From assembly GCF_009914755.1 (NCBI RefSeq), contig NC_060928.1: DNA of 64,000 nt. One strand, given 5' to 3'. This DNA is from the human T2T-CHM13v2.0 reference genome, Homo sapiens. The translations under genes and the position numbers were made by a program. The notes under the pieces were generated by a model that saw nothing but the letters and a program-made list of their open reading frames with translations, was not told the origin of the DNA and did no database searches. Each line of letters starts with the position of its first letter. Position 1 is the first letter of the stretch. Below, piece after piece: positions 46,546-60,078 of this stretch.

Positions 46546-47447
46546 ATATTTCAACCACATCATTGTGTAAACCTGCCCAGTCCTCTTGCAACTTTCTACC
46601 TGATACATGTGTGCATATATATGCGTACATGAATGCATACATACATACACACATACATATACTCCTCAAAATCAGTTATTAGTCACAGTTCAAGATACAG
46701 AAATTAGAAAATTAAATAAATGATTAGATATCTAAAATGGTTTTGTGGTCTTAGAAACTTTACCAACAGAGAAAAGGCTTATGTAGATGTAATTAATTCA
46801 TTTAGCTAAAATGTGTTGGTAAAGTACCAGTAATATAGATTTCCTATTGTTATTTATTAAAAAAAAAAGTGACATCACTACAGAGTTATATGGGGGCAGT
46901 GATGGCCATATGCCTCCTTGAGCCTCTTTAGATACCTTATCACTAGAATGTCAATAGCTAGAATGTTATTTTATAGTTAATTTCTAAAGTGTTTCTTAGT
47001 GATTGTCACTCATGTAAAACTTGTGGGTAAAATGCATCTATTTTGTTTGGTTTGTTTGGTTTTACCTATTGTAACCTGAAGCATATTTCCTTGCTGGCAA
47101 AATATACTGGGCATGGTTAGAAGAAATTCTGAAAAGGACTGTTTGATGCATTTGGAAGTCTTTCCCAAAATTTTACAAACACTCCAAATTGTTTGCCTTA
47201 GTGTAATCAAGTATCTTTTAAATAAATAATCTATAAAGTGGAGTTTATGCTAGTTAGATTTGCTTCAATAATAATGGGACATAAACACATTTTAGATCTC
47301 AGTAAAGTTACTTCCTCCATTAACCTTTTCCTCAGTCCTCCAAATTGCATGCTGCAATTTTCAAATAGTAACATTTTATTGTAACTGTGTATTTAGTTTG
47401 TCTCTCCCAATAGGTTGAAAACTTCCAGAGGTCAACAACTATGTCTT

Positions 47448-47805
<358 letters not shown>

Positions 47806-48958
47806 TTAAGGTGAATGATTTAACAAGTAACAGGATATACATTAAAAAACTGGCATTCTACATGCCATTGGCAATGGTAACATAAAGACTATAAGGTCTG
47901 TATCTTTTCTATCACAGATCTCAGCGACCTTTCCTTCCCTCAATATCTGATGAGCAACTTCTGTCTATTCACTTAGTGATTTATTTTTAATTAACTCTTT
48001 GTGGTCTAGAGTCCTTAATAGACTGTAAATTTGGGGGAAGAGGAATCTTATTTTGTCTTGTATTTGTTTATATCTTGTAAAGCAACCTTCTCTAATGAAC
48101 ATTATATATAATTGCTTTTCAATATCAATAAATATCAGGGTGATTGCTAGGTTGAATGGGCACTAACCATGCAAACCTGATTCAGGACAAAGAATAGTCT
48201 CAGACAGAGTTTAGAGAGTAGCAAGAAAGCAAACGGGCAGCTATTAGAGCTTTTATTTGAAACATCTCCTGAAAATAGAGAACTAAGGCCATTTTCAACA
48301 GCATCCAAGGTTCAAACCCCATGGCCAGTGAATTAGCTAGAAAATTCCAGCCTAAATTCAGATTTTCCCTTCATGTATTGATTTATTTTGTTTGCAGGCT
48401 TAGCTTTATTCAGGAAAAAAATGTGGGTGTTTTATATAGGAATTTTCACTAAATAGGTGTGTAAACAGTGAAATGACTTGATCTGTTATTTATTGCATAT
48501 AATTGCATACCATTCACTAAAAACAATACCAACAGTGTGGTAAAGGGGTTAAAATCAGGAAAACATTTGCTTTTTAAAAATGAACATGAAAACCTAGGAA
48601 AATTATTCCTGGTATGAAGCACGTTTTTGAAGTACAGATTTTTGTCCCATGAAAAGCTGATTCATTTCCATTACCATGATGAGCTAAGGGGAACATGAAA
48701 TTGCCATGGGTTGATGGTTTCATTTAGGGGTCAATTTTCAAACTAATAGACATAATGTTCCTTTGCCCTTACTCTGGTTAACGTTTACCAATGAACTTAC
48801 ATCAAGTTTTGGGATATATTGTCTCATTTTTTATCAGGAAATGACATGTTCATGAAACTGAAACAGAACAAATTGTATGCCTTTGACATATCTCCCAAAA
48901 GTAACTAGTGAATACAGAGACCATTTCAGCTAAACATGCTTGCCTTCCTATTGAAAAA

Positions 48959-49378
48959 TGTGACAGAGGCTGCTGGAGGTTTATTAAAATCCATTGTCTT
49001 CTTTCTTGGCACCAAACAAGATTATTTCACTCCACTCAGATTTGGCTGTGTGAGTTGGGTTCTACCCAATGCAATGTGATCAGAGGTTAATCAGTCACAT
49101 CCATTGAAGGCTCATAAATTCTCCTACATAATGTCCCTGCATGTTCTCTTCCCCTTCCAGCTGATAGGATGGCAATACCCTGGGTGACCTTGGATGCAAC
49201 ATGTCCAAGATGGCAGAGAAGCTGTCAGCCTTTTCAGTGAATAATTTTATGAAGGAAAGGCTCTGACTTAGATACCTGCCTTGTACTGTTACAGGAGAAA
49301 GAAATAATCTTCTTGTTCTTTAAATTACTAAATTTTGGAGGTGTATTTTTATTGTAGCTTAGCCTACCCTAACTAATA
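48959..49378 (+). mobile_element. Old MLT1 (I/J-like) solo LTR
   Basis: ccaatgcaatgtgatcagagg and aagatggcagag blocks, ending gcctaccctaactaata. Confidence 0.7.
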
Positions 49379-49864
49379 TTAACCTTGGACTTGGTATACA
49401 GATAAATGTATGCATGTGTGTGTGCGCACACATGGGCCTATCTTATATCAGTTAAAATTATGAATTGAGAAGAAATGTAATTATTAAGAACTTGCATTGT
49501 GAGATCCAAAGAAGAAAATGATGCATCTTCACAAATGACTTGAACTTCTCAAGGAATAACATCAAGAATAATTTTTAAAAATGTGTTTTATGCTTATATC
49601 TTTTGGTTGGCATAAACTAATATAACCTACTTCTAAATGTAAGGACTTTAGAAATTTAATGATAAATGCTTTAGTAAACTGTATCTCTATACATTTTCTT
49701 GAAATGTAGAGTTCCTTTCTCATTATTTTAAGTTCTCTATTTTCTTAATAATGTGGATCCATTAAATTTTGGCAACCAATCAACATTTGATTACCATAAC
49801 TCTCAAGGCTCAAACAACACCATTTTGATATACTAACAATCCCAAAAAATAACTTTGCCATTAC

Positions 49865-50120
49865 ATAATAATAACAATAATAGCGGTATGTTAAAAGTCG
49901 GTGTCATAGCACTTGCTACTTACACATGATATAAATTTACTTTAATCTTCATACCAAGTTGAAGCTTGATATTTTTATTCACATTTTCAGATGAAAAACA
50001 AAGGCTCAGACAGAGTTAAGTAACTTGTCCAAAGCCCTGCAAAAAGTGAGTGGTGGAAATAGGATTTGGACCCAGGCTTTGACCCTGAAGTTTATTCTTT
50101 TAGTTCCCCACTATACCATC
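49865..50120 (-). mobile_element. MIR relic
   Basis: cattttcagatgaaaaacaaaggctcagacagagttaagtaacttgtccaa. Confidence 0.8.
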
Positions 50121-50565
50121 TGAGAAAGTGAAATACTGAGAACAATCATTTTGCCGATTTTCCTTGGGTGTTATGTTTTATAGATGATTCCATGTTCTAT
50201 CGCGACACTAAAACAACTTTGTATTGCTATGCCATAACTGGACCTTTAAATTCCTAGCTTTATATAAAATCTCTTTTAAATCAAGAAGAGAATAGAATAA
50301 CATAATTGCTTAATGATGGAAAAAATTGCCTTTAAAACTAAGATAATTACACCTTTCAAAATATTAGAACTGTAAGCTAAAATTCTTGGTTCTTCTATAT
50401 CTACCACGGAAACCCCATTTGATATCATATCCATTTATGTTTCTACAACAATAATCTGAATCTTTATCTTCAACTCCTACTTTTAACCTTGGTTTCATAA
50501 CATAATTCTCAGTATTTTCTTGAGTTCCCTCTCGAATTTATATTAAAATATTTAACTCAACAGCT

Positions 50566-51031
50566 CTTTTATTATTTAACTTTTATTTTAAATTCAAAGG
50601 TACATGTGCAGGTTTGTTATACAAGTAAACTTGTGTTATGGGGGTTTGTTGTACAGATTATTTCATGACCCAGGTATTAAGCCTAGTACCCATTAGCTAT
50701 TTTTCCCGATCCTCTTCCTCCTCCCATCCTCTGATAGGCCCCAGTATGTGTTGTTTCCCTCTATGTGTCCATGTGTTCTCATCATTTAGCTCCCACTTAT
50801 AAATGAGAACATGTGGTATTTGGCTTTCTGATCCTGCATTAGTTTGCTAAGGATAATGGCCTCCAGCTTCATCCATGTTCCTGAAAAGGACATAATCTCA
50901 TTCTTTTATGGTTGCAAAGTATTCCATGGTGTATATGTACCACATTTTCTTTATCTAGTCCACCACTGAGAGGCATTTAGGTTGATCCCATGTCTTTGCT
51001 ATTGTGAATAGTGTTGCAATGAACATGCATG
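50566..51031 (-). mobile_element. 5'-truncated older L1PA (about PA13-15)
   Basis: Antisense 3' UTR and ORF2 end, with TSD aactcaacagct (50554-50565 and 51032-51043). Confidence 0.95.
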
Positions 51032-52064
51032 AACTCAACAGCTGTTAAAACACACAATTCCTCACAGGATGATTACCCATCCTGACATTTATGTCTCCAG
51101 TAAAGGAATTGATTTATTTGTCCCTTCATGTTACTTAGTTTGTATCTTACATATACTAATCAAAATTTGTAAATTCTAACTTATTTTTATGCATGATCCA
51201 GCTTTCCTAGCTGCTTATAAACTATTTTATGCATGTTTTCTTTGTTCAGGAGAAATTAATTTTAAAAATTCAAAATTCAGTGATTTATTTATTTAACCAC
51301 AAATATACTTTAAGAGATAATGTTCTTTGAGCTAGGTAGGAACCATAGCTCCATATTCATTTTTTATGCTTCCAAAAAGATCTGGTGCAATGACCCAAAT
51401 TTAACTAGGTCATGGCAAATATCTGTCAAGTGATAAATCACACATAAATCCATTAATAAAGAACTCTAGTACTAATAGAAAAGATAAATTCTGAAACAAG
51501 AATGGGCAATTATATGAAACTAAAGTGTGCATGAATCAAGCCCAGTGACAAGAAGCAGGTAAAATCCATCTTAAATTATGATTTGGAGAAAATTTTACTT
51601 ATAATGTTAAGGTGATGAATAATCATCTACCAAAAATATAGCTAATGCACGAAAATTTGCACTCTTGGGAACTCTAACATTTTGCAAACATGAGATTGTA
51701 TGATAACAGGAGTTTTGGAGACAAATAAAGAATAGCAAAAATGAAAAGCATTGAATAAGTATTTGTCAGTGTTTATCCAGAAGGATGCAGATGACAGACA
51801 CTCTTTACTTATTTGACAGACAAGAGTATTAAAGTCATTTTTAGAAAAATGTTCTCAGAGAGGAGCAAAGGCGGTTCTCTAGGCTTAATCAGGTAAGATT
51901 ATTCATCCTTTCTTGCTCAACTGTCTGATATCTTTCATTTATCAGGTACCTTAATGCTGACAATGAGGTATTGTAACTATTGGATTTGAATATTAGGATC
52001 ACTAGAAGAATTACAGGTATCACCTTCTGTTGTAATGAGTTGATTAGTATACAAACAGGTAGTT

Positions 52065-52230
52065 GAGTGTGGCATGTGCTGTGGAGTCAATTTATATGAA
52101 ATTCTGATTTTATTATTAAGTAACTATGAAATCTTAAGCAACTTACTTAATCTCTCTGGTTTCCACTTTGTTCATCTACAAAATGAAGAAATGGGATTAA
52201 TGTCTTTTACAGGCTTCAAAGAATTGTTTT
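52065..52230 (+). mobile_element. MIR relic
   Basis: gcaacttacttaatctctctggtttccactttgttcatctacaaaatg. Confidence 0.7.
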
Positions 52231-52467
52231 TTAGAAACGACTGCATTATTAAGTAGAACTGTCACCCTGACCTGTCAAGATCTTTTCTGACAGGCCACAT
52301 CTTTATTGCGATGAAGCTTTTCAAAGGGAAAACTAAACATTTCTTAAGGGGAATATGTTTTTAAATGGTTTGAACTCATTTATTTCTTGTTTACAAGTAT
52401 TTAATTCGATGCTTATAGTTCAGGAACACATTTCTTAAAATTAAGTTTTTACTCTAAATAGTAACCT

Positions 52468-52773
<306 letters not shown>

Positions 52774-53350
52774 TTAAATAGTAACCTATCCTGCGGTTAC
52801 TAGATTGATACGTCTTCTAATAATAGCAAATGTCCACCTGATTTTCAAGCACAAATGATCATTGTAAGAAGCTGTGACAGCTACCACAATTGTGTTGTTG
52901 TCTTTTCGTAACTTCTTTTGAAAACAAATAAGACGATCTCATTCGTTTTGAACAGAGAAAAGAAATTTGGTTCTGGATTTGACTTAGCGGAAACCCAGCT
53001 CTATTCTAGTATTTTCCTTGAGTTTAGGTGAATTCTAGGGTCAATATTACAAGTTTTGACTCTATCATGCTCTAGAATAAACCTAAATTTTTAGGGATTT
53101 TCAAACTAAGAACCAAATGAAATTAAGTACATTGTGTAAATTTTCTCCTTCCCAACAAGATGCGAATGAAATAGATGTTATATCTGAATAGTTCATTTCA
53201 CTAGGCTATAAATCAATTATCAGAATAAAATAAGAAACAGAAGAAGATAGGAAACTGAAATATAAACAAAGGGTAAGCTCAAGACATTTATTAGCAACCT
53301 CCCAAAAGTTCTTTAAAGAGGAGACTTCCTAATCAAATGGTTTATTTTTG

Positions 53351-53653
<303 letters not shown>

Positions 53654-53814
53654 CAAATGGTTTATTTTTGATGGGCAAAGTCAGTTTGACTACATTCATA
53701 ACGATTATAACTAACAAGCAGACTCCTGCTTCGTCTATTTTTGGCTGAGATCCACATTATTTTTCATGCTAGTTTACCCCCGAATATAATACATTATAAA
53801 TTTCACCATTGTAT

Positions 53815-53994
53815 GCCAGGCATGGTAGCTCACACCTGTAATCCCAGCAGTTTGAGAGATCGAGAATCACTTGAGCTCAGAAGTTTGAGACCAGCCTGGG
53901 CAACATAGTGAAACCTCATCTCTATTTTTTTTTTTAATGAAAAAATTATTATTAAAGAAGAATAAATTTAAATAAATTTAAAAATTAAAAAACA
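53815..53994 (+). mobile_element. Alu left monomer (FLAM-like) with a long AT-rich tail
   Basis: Single arm of about 110 bp, with TSD caccattgtat (53804-53814 and 53995-54005). Confidence 0.88.
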
Positions 53995-55057
53995 CACCAT
54001 TGTATAATTTTAAACAATGCTATTGTTTAAATAGTTTTAAACTTTCACTCTAGTGGCAGTGAACACTTTTCTATTCTATAGCATCTCAATAATTAGCTAG
54101 AGGGTTGCTTTTGTGACTTCTATACATTTTGTTTAAATTTTCTAAAAATATTTGCCCATCCCTGTGATTGCATCCCTTATTTCTTTAAATATTTCACACA
54201 AAGCTCTTCTGTATTCCTGTATTCTGTACCAGACTATCTCAAATCTGTATTCTTTGTCTGAAAATTTCCACATCATTAGTTTATATCCATTGTTTCTGGC
54301 TTGGTTGACTTTAACTCTTATAAGCTTGTCTTATCCTCTGTCTAGTAATGATTTACTTCAACCTGAAGCAGTCCAACTGGCCATTTTTCCTTCAAAAGTG
54401 AGCTTAATCCCTCTTTTGCCACTGGGGAGACTGTAATATGACTTTTCTCAGTGACCATAATTTTGTCTCCTTTTGTAGAACTTTTTCGAAAAATATATAT
54501 ATGTCTCAAATCCATCTCATTTATGCTGCCTTTCCCTCATTATTGTCCCCCTTGCTTGTCTCAGAAAATATCACCTTACAAGTCTCATCTATGTACACTT
54601 TCTGTATTCATCTCTCATCACAGCAACTCAAAAGCAGAGAATGAGAATCTGGTCCCTGAAGGACTGGAGCCCCTCTGAACATGTTTGGTCCCTAATGAGA
54701 TTGTTGCTTATACAGTACTTTTCTTTTCCAGTTTCACCTAAGATCTTCAGTTGCCCAAAACATTCAATTTCTGCATTCTAAACATTTAACAAGTAATACA
54801 GATTATATAAATAAAATCTATAAAGAACTAATCCTATTAAGATTAGCCTAGATGTTTCTAAGATAAGGAGGGTAGAGAGTGGACTGTCTTGTTCAGCGCC
54901 TCATTAAGATTGGCCTCCCAATCAAGAGAAAATGTAGGCCTGAAAGCTGTTTTTCAAATGTGCAAAATTTCTGGGTATCTAACAAGATTTGCAAACTTTA
55001 TTTGTTGCATTCCCATCTCTAGCACAGTGGAGTTTCATTTAAAATTGCTTACATATG

Positions 55058-55341
<284 letters not shown>

Positions 55342-55629
55342 AAAACTGCTTACATATGTCAACCTTGTATTTAATATCAGAAACATTATGATCATATAAT
55401 TCCAACCAATCTAGAAATTAAGGTTATAATGGTCTTCAGTTTATCCCCTACTATTATACATGTTGAAGTGTACATTTATACTTCATTATAAACATATTTT
55501 AATTAATGTGTTTTTGAATGGCATAAAGCCCACACTTAAAAAGAAATTTGGAAATTATAATAGCAGAGATGCCTTGGGATAAAGGGTCTTGACTATGCTC
55601 CTCATCCAGGGGAACATAACTTTATTTTG

Positions 55630-57924
55630 AGAAACAAGTTGCCCCCTCGCCCATGTCCACTGTGATGAGGCAATCACTGGAAGGAGCATTTCCCCAGAGG
55701 ACAAAGTTTCTCTGGACCAGAAGCCCCCAACCAGATGATCCAACAACAGGACTGAGGGTGCCAGGGCAAGCGCCAGCTCATGTCATCACCCTCACTCAGC
55801 CCCGGGTACATTTAACCATTGAGGGCCAGGAAATTGACTTCCTTCTGGACACTGGCGTGGCTTTCTCAGTGTTAGTCTCCTGTCCTGGACAGCTGTCCTC
55901 AAGGTCCGTTACCATCTGAGGAATCCCGGGATGGCCTGTAACCAGGTATTTCTCCCACCTCCTCAGTTGTAATTGGGAGACTTTGCTCTTTTCACATGCC
56001 TTTCTTGTTATGCCTGAAAGTCCCATACCCTTATTAGGGAGTGACATATTAGCCAAAGCTGGAGCTATTGTCTACATGAATATGGGGAACAAGTTACCCA
56101 TTTGTTGCCCCCCGCTTGAGGAGGGAATCACCCTGAAGTCTGGGCATTGGAAGGAACAAACTCAAGCTCCAGCCTTAAGCCTTCCCACAGGATGAAACTT
56201 CTCTTTATACATCACAGAGAGACAGGAATAGCTCTTGGGGTCCTTACTCAGACTCGTGGGACAACCCCACAACCAGTGGCATATCTAAGTAAGGAAATTG
56301 ATATAGCAGCAAAAGGCTGGCCTCACTGTTTAAGGGTAGTTGCGGCGGTGGCTGTCTTAGTGTCAGAGGCTATCAAAATAATACAAGGAAAGGAACTCAC
56401 TGTCTGGACTACTCATGATGTAAATGGCATACTAGGTGCCAAAGGAAGTTTATGGCTATCAGACAACTGCCTGCTTAGATACCAGGCACTACTCCTTGAA
56501 GGACCAGTGCTTCAAATATGCACATGTGCGGCCCTCAACTCTGCCACTTTTCTCCCAGAGGATGGGGAACCAATTGAGCATGGCTGCCAACAAATTATAG
56601 TCCAGACTTCTGCACCCGAGAGGATCTCCTAGAAGTCCCCTTAGTTAATCCTGACCTTAATCTATATACTGATGAAAGTTCATTTGTGGAGAATGGGATA
56701 TGAAGGGCAGGTTATGCCATAGTTAGTAACAGTACTTGAAAGTAAGCCTCTTCCCCCAGGAATCAGTGCCCAGTTAGCAGAACTAGTGATACTTACCCGA
56801 GCCTTAACACTGGGAAAGGGAAGAAGAATAAATGTGTATACAGATAGTAAGTATGCTTATCTAATCCTACATGCCCATGCTGCAATATGGAAAGAAAGGG
56901 AGTTCCTAACCTCTGGGGGAACCCCCATTAAATACCACAAGGAAATCACGGAGTTACTCCATGCAGTGCAAAAACCCAAGGAGATGGCAGTCTTACACTG
57001 CCGAAGCCATCAGAAAGGAGAAGGAGAGAGGAGAACAGCAGCATAAGTGGCTGGCAGAGGCAGGGAAAGACCAGCAGAAAGGAAAGAGAGAAAGAGGCAG
57101 AAAGTCAGAGAGAGACAGAGAGAGGAAGAGACAGAGAAAGAAAGTCAGAAAGAAGGAAGGAGAGGAAGAGAAAAAGAAGGAGTCAAAGAGAGAGAAAGAG
57201 ATAGAAGTAGTAAAGAAAAGACAGTGTACTCTATTCCTTTAAAAGCCAGGGTAAATTTCTGTCTACCCAGCCAAGGCATATTCTTCTTATGTGGAACTTC
57301 AACCTATATCTGCCTCTCAGATAGTTTGCAAGAAATAACGAAATCTATCCTTACTCTACAATCCCAAATAGACTCTTTGGCAGCAGTGATTCTCCAAAAC
57401 TGCTGAGGCCTAGACCTCCTTACTGCTGAGAAAGGAGGATTCTGCACCTTCTTAGGGGAAGAGTGTTGTTTTTACACTAACCTGTTAGGGATAGTACGAG
57501 ATGCCACGTGGTGTTTACAGGAAAAGACTTCTGAAATCAGACAACACCTTTCAAATTCTTATACCAACCTCTGGAGTTGGGCAACATGGCTTCTCCTCTT
57601 TCTAGGTCCTGTGACAGCCATCTTACTATTACTCGCCTTTGGGCCCTGTATTTTTAACCTCCTTGTAAAATTTGTGTCCTCTAGGATCGAGGCCATCAAG
57701 CTACAGATGGTCTTACAAATGGAACCCCAAATGAGCCCAACTAACAACTTCTACCAAGGACCCCTGGACTGACCCGCTGGCCCTTTCACTGGCCTAAAGA
57801 GTTCCCTTCTGGAGGACACTACAACTGCAGGGCCCCTTCTTTGCCCCTATCCAGCAGGAAGTAGCTAGAACAGTCATCACTCAATTCGCAACTGCAGTTA
57901 GGGTGTCCTGTTTAGAGAGGGGAT
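55630..57924 (+). mobile_element. HERV9/ERV9 internal remnant: end of gag, protease, RNase H region, AG-rich tract, env TM
   Basis: Protease motif IDFLLDTG (ORF 55653), PQPVAYLSKEID (ORF 56147), INVYTDSKYAY (ORF 56786), env immunosuppressive-domain remnant LQNC*GLDLLTAEKGGFC near 57392, and polypurine tract agagagggga. Confidence 0.93.
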
Positions 57925-58712
57925 TGAGAGGTGAAGCCAGCTGGACTTCTGGGTCAGGTGGGGACTTGGAGAACTTTTCTGTCGAGCTAAAGAATTGTAA
58001 ATGCACTAATCAGCACTCTGTAAAAATGTACCAATCAGCGCTCTGTGTCTAGCTAGAGGATTGTAAATGCACCAATGAACACTCTGTAAAAATGCACCAA
58101 TCAGTGCTCTGTGTCTAGCTAAAGGATTGTAAATGCACCAATCAGCACTCTATAAAAACTCACCAATCAGCACTCTGTGTCTAGCTAAAGGATTGTAAAT
58201 GCACCAATCAGCACTCTGTAAAATGGACCAATCAGCAGGACGTGGGTGGTGCCAAACAAGGGAATAAAAGCTGGCCAGCTGAGCCAGCAGCGGCAACCCA
58301 CTGGGGTCCCCTTCCATGCTGTGGAAGCTTTGTTCTTTCGCTCTTCACAATAAATCTTGCTGCTGCTCACTCTTTGGGTCCACAGTAGCTTTACGAGCTG
58401 CAACATTCACTGCAAGGGTCTGCAGCTTCATTCCTGAAGTCAGCAAGCCCACGAACCCACTGGGAGGAACAAACAACTCCGGACACGCCAACTTTAAGAG
58501 CTGTAACATTCACTGCGAAGGTCTGCGGCTTCACTCCTGAAGTCAGTGAGACCACTGGAAGGAAGAAACTCCAGACACATCTGAACATCTGAAGGAATAA
58601 ACTCCGGACACATCATATTTAAGAGCTGTAACACTCACCGCAAGGGTCCGCGGCTTCATTCTTGAAGTCAGCGAGGCCAAGAACCCACTGGAAGGAATAA
58701 ATTCCAGAGACA
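57925..58712 (+). mobile_element. LTR12 (ERV9 3' LTR)
   Basis: TGAGAGGTGAAGCC start, a CCAAT-repeat U3, AATAAA at 58263 and 58349, U5 tandem repeats, and an aattccagagaCA end. Confidence 0.95.
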
Positions 58713-59363
58713 CTTAGACTCACAGTCCTTTAAAGAATCAGAAAAGATGGACTCTATTGTTCTCTTTAATGAGCATCACTTGCAAACAACCCATGCATAT
58801 TTTCAGATGAGCTTTAACTAACATAAAGGCTTTAAAAATTAGAGTGTACATGAAGTGCCAGGTAATCTCACACTGGCCCATGGTCTTCAGAGGCTGCAGC
58901 AAGACTTCCTCCCACTCAGTCATGATTACTAGCAAGAGATCCGTCTGGCTCAGGAAGCACCCTTCAAAAATCTGGCCTGGTCTCCACCCCCAATTCCCAT
59001 CTGGCTCTGGATACTTCCTGACTCTTCACTGTTTACAAAGAGACTTTGAAGTGTTTTCTTTTAGCAGTGCTTTCTCTTCCAGAGTACACTTTAATCAGTG
59101 GCTCTCAGCCTTTATTGTGCATAGAGATCACTCTAGGAAGTTTCTCCGTAGTACATTTTTTTAGAAAAGGAGACAAGCAAACAAACACTTCAAAAAGGAA
59201 TGGTAAAATATTACTGCACTTGGGCTCTCCACTCTTACATCTGTTTTCTTTCAAAAACAAAGCCACACACTCTCTTTCCTTACTCTGCTACCTGATTCCC
59301 AGACATTCCTGATGACATTGATGGTTGCTTTAAGGCTTACAAATTGCACACTTTTAGGACTCT

Positions 59364-59775
59364 TGTGTTAGTCTGCTTTTGCATTGCTACAAAGAAATAC
59401 ACAAGACTGGGTAATTTACAAAGAAAGAGGTTTAATTGGCTCATGGTTCTGCAGGCTATACAGGAGGCATGGTGCCAGCATCTGCTCAGCTTCTGGGAAG
59501 GCCTCATGGAGCTTTTACTCATGGCAGAAGGCGAAGCAGGAGCAGGTACATCACATGGTGATAGCAGAAGCAAGAGACAGAGAAGCAAGAGAGAGACATT
59601 TGAAAACCAGATCTCAGGAGAACTCACACACTATCAAGGATGGCACTAAGCCATTCATGAATGATTCACCTCCATAAGTCAAACACCTCAGGTGCTCTCA
59701 CCAGGCCCCCCCTCCAACACTGGGGATTATATTTTAACATGAGATTTTGTGGGGACACATATCCAAATTGCATCA
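59364..59775 (-). mobile_element. MST (MSTB-like) MaLR solo LTR
   Basis: tgtgttagtc...ttggctcatggttctgcaggct...ccaaattgcatca, with a perfect 5-bp TSD actct. Confidence 0.92.
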
Positions 59776-59958
59776 ACTCTGCTTCACATTCTGCTCATAA
59801 ATGGAAGGAATATAAAAATGCACATGAATTTTCCTCTAGAGTCACACCATTTTCCAGGTCACACATGATAAACACACTCAAAATCCACTCTTTGTTACTC
59901 AGTTCTTTAATGTGGACCTAAGCTCTGGTGGAAAGACGAAAGTAGGGCCTACTTCAGA

Positions 59959-60078
59959 TAGGACCACTGTGGGTCAGGTCTGGTTCTCATGCTATCATTT
60001 TCCAAAAAATTAGTTTATCCCCTACTATTTTCTAAAAAATGATACCAGGAGGACCAGACCTGACCCACAGTTGTCCTA
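59959..60078. repeat. Inverted repeat with 43-bp arms (39/43 complementary) and a 34-bp spacer
   Basis: Arms are 59959-60001 and 60036-60078, including a perfect 19-bp stretch actgtgggtcaggtctggt/accagacctgacccacagt. Confidence 0.95.

Noticed and set aside
57320-57771. Env TM region as a syncytin-like gene
   Set aside because: There is a stop codon within the immunosuppressive domain, and the signal peptide and most of SU are missing.
57990-58712. Regularly spaced repeats resembling a CRISPR array
   Set aside because: There are no unique spacers. These are the normal LTR12 U3 and U5 tandem repeats in eukaryotic DNA.
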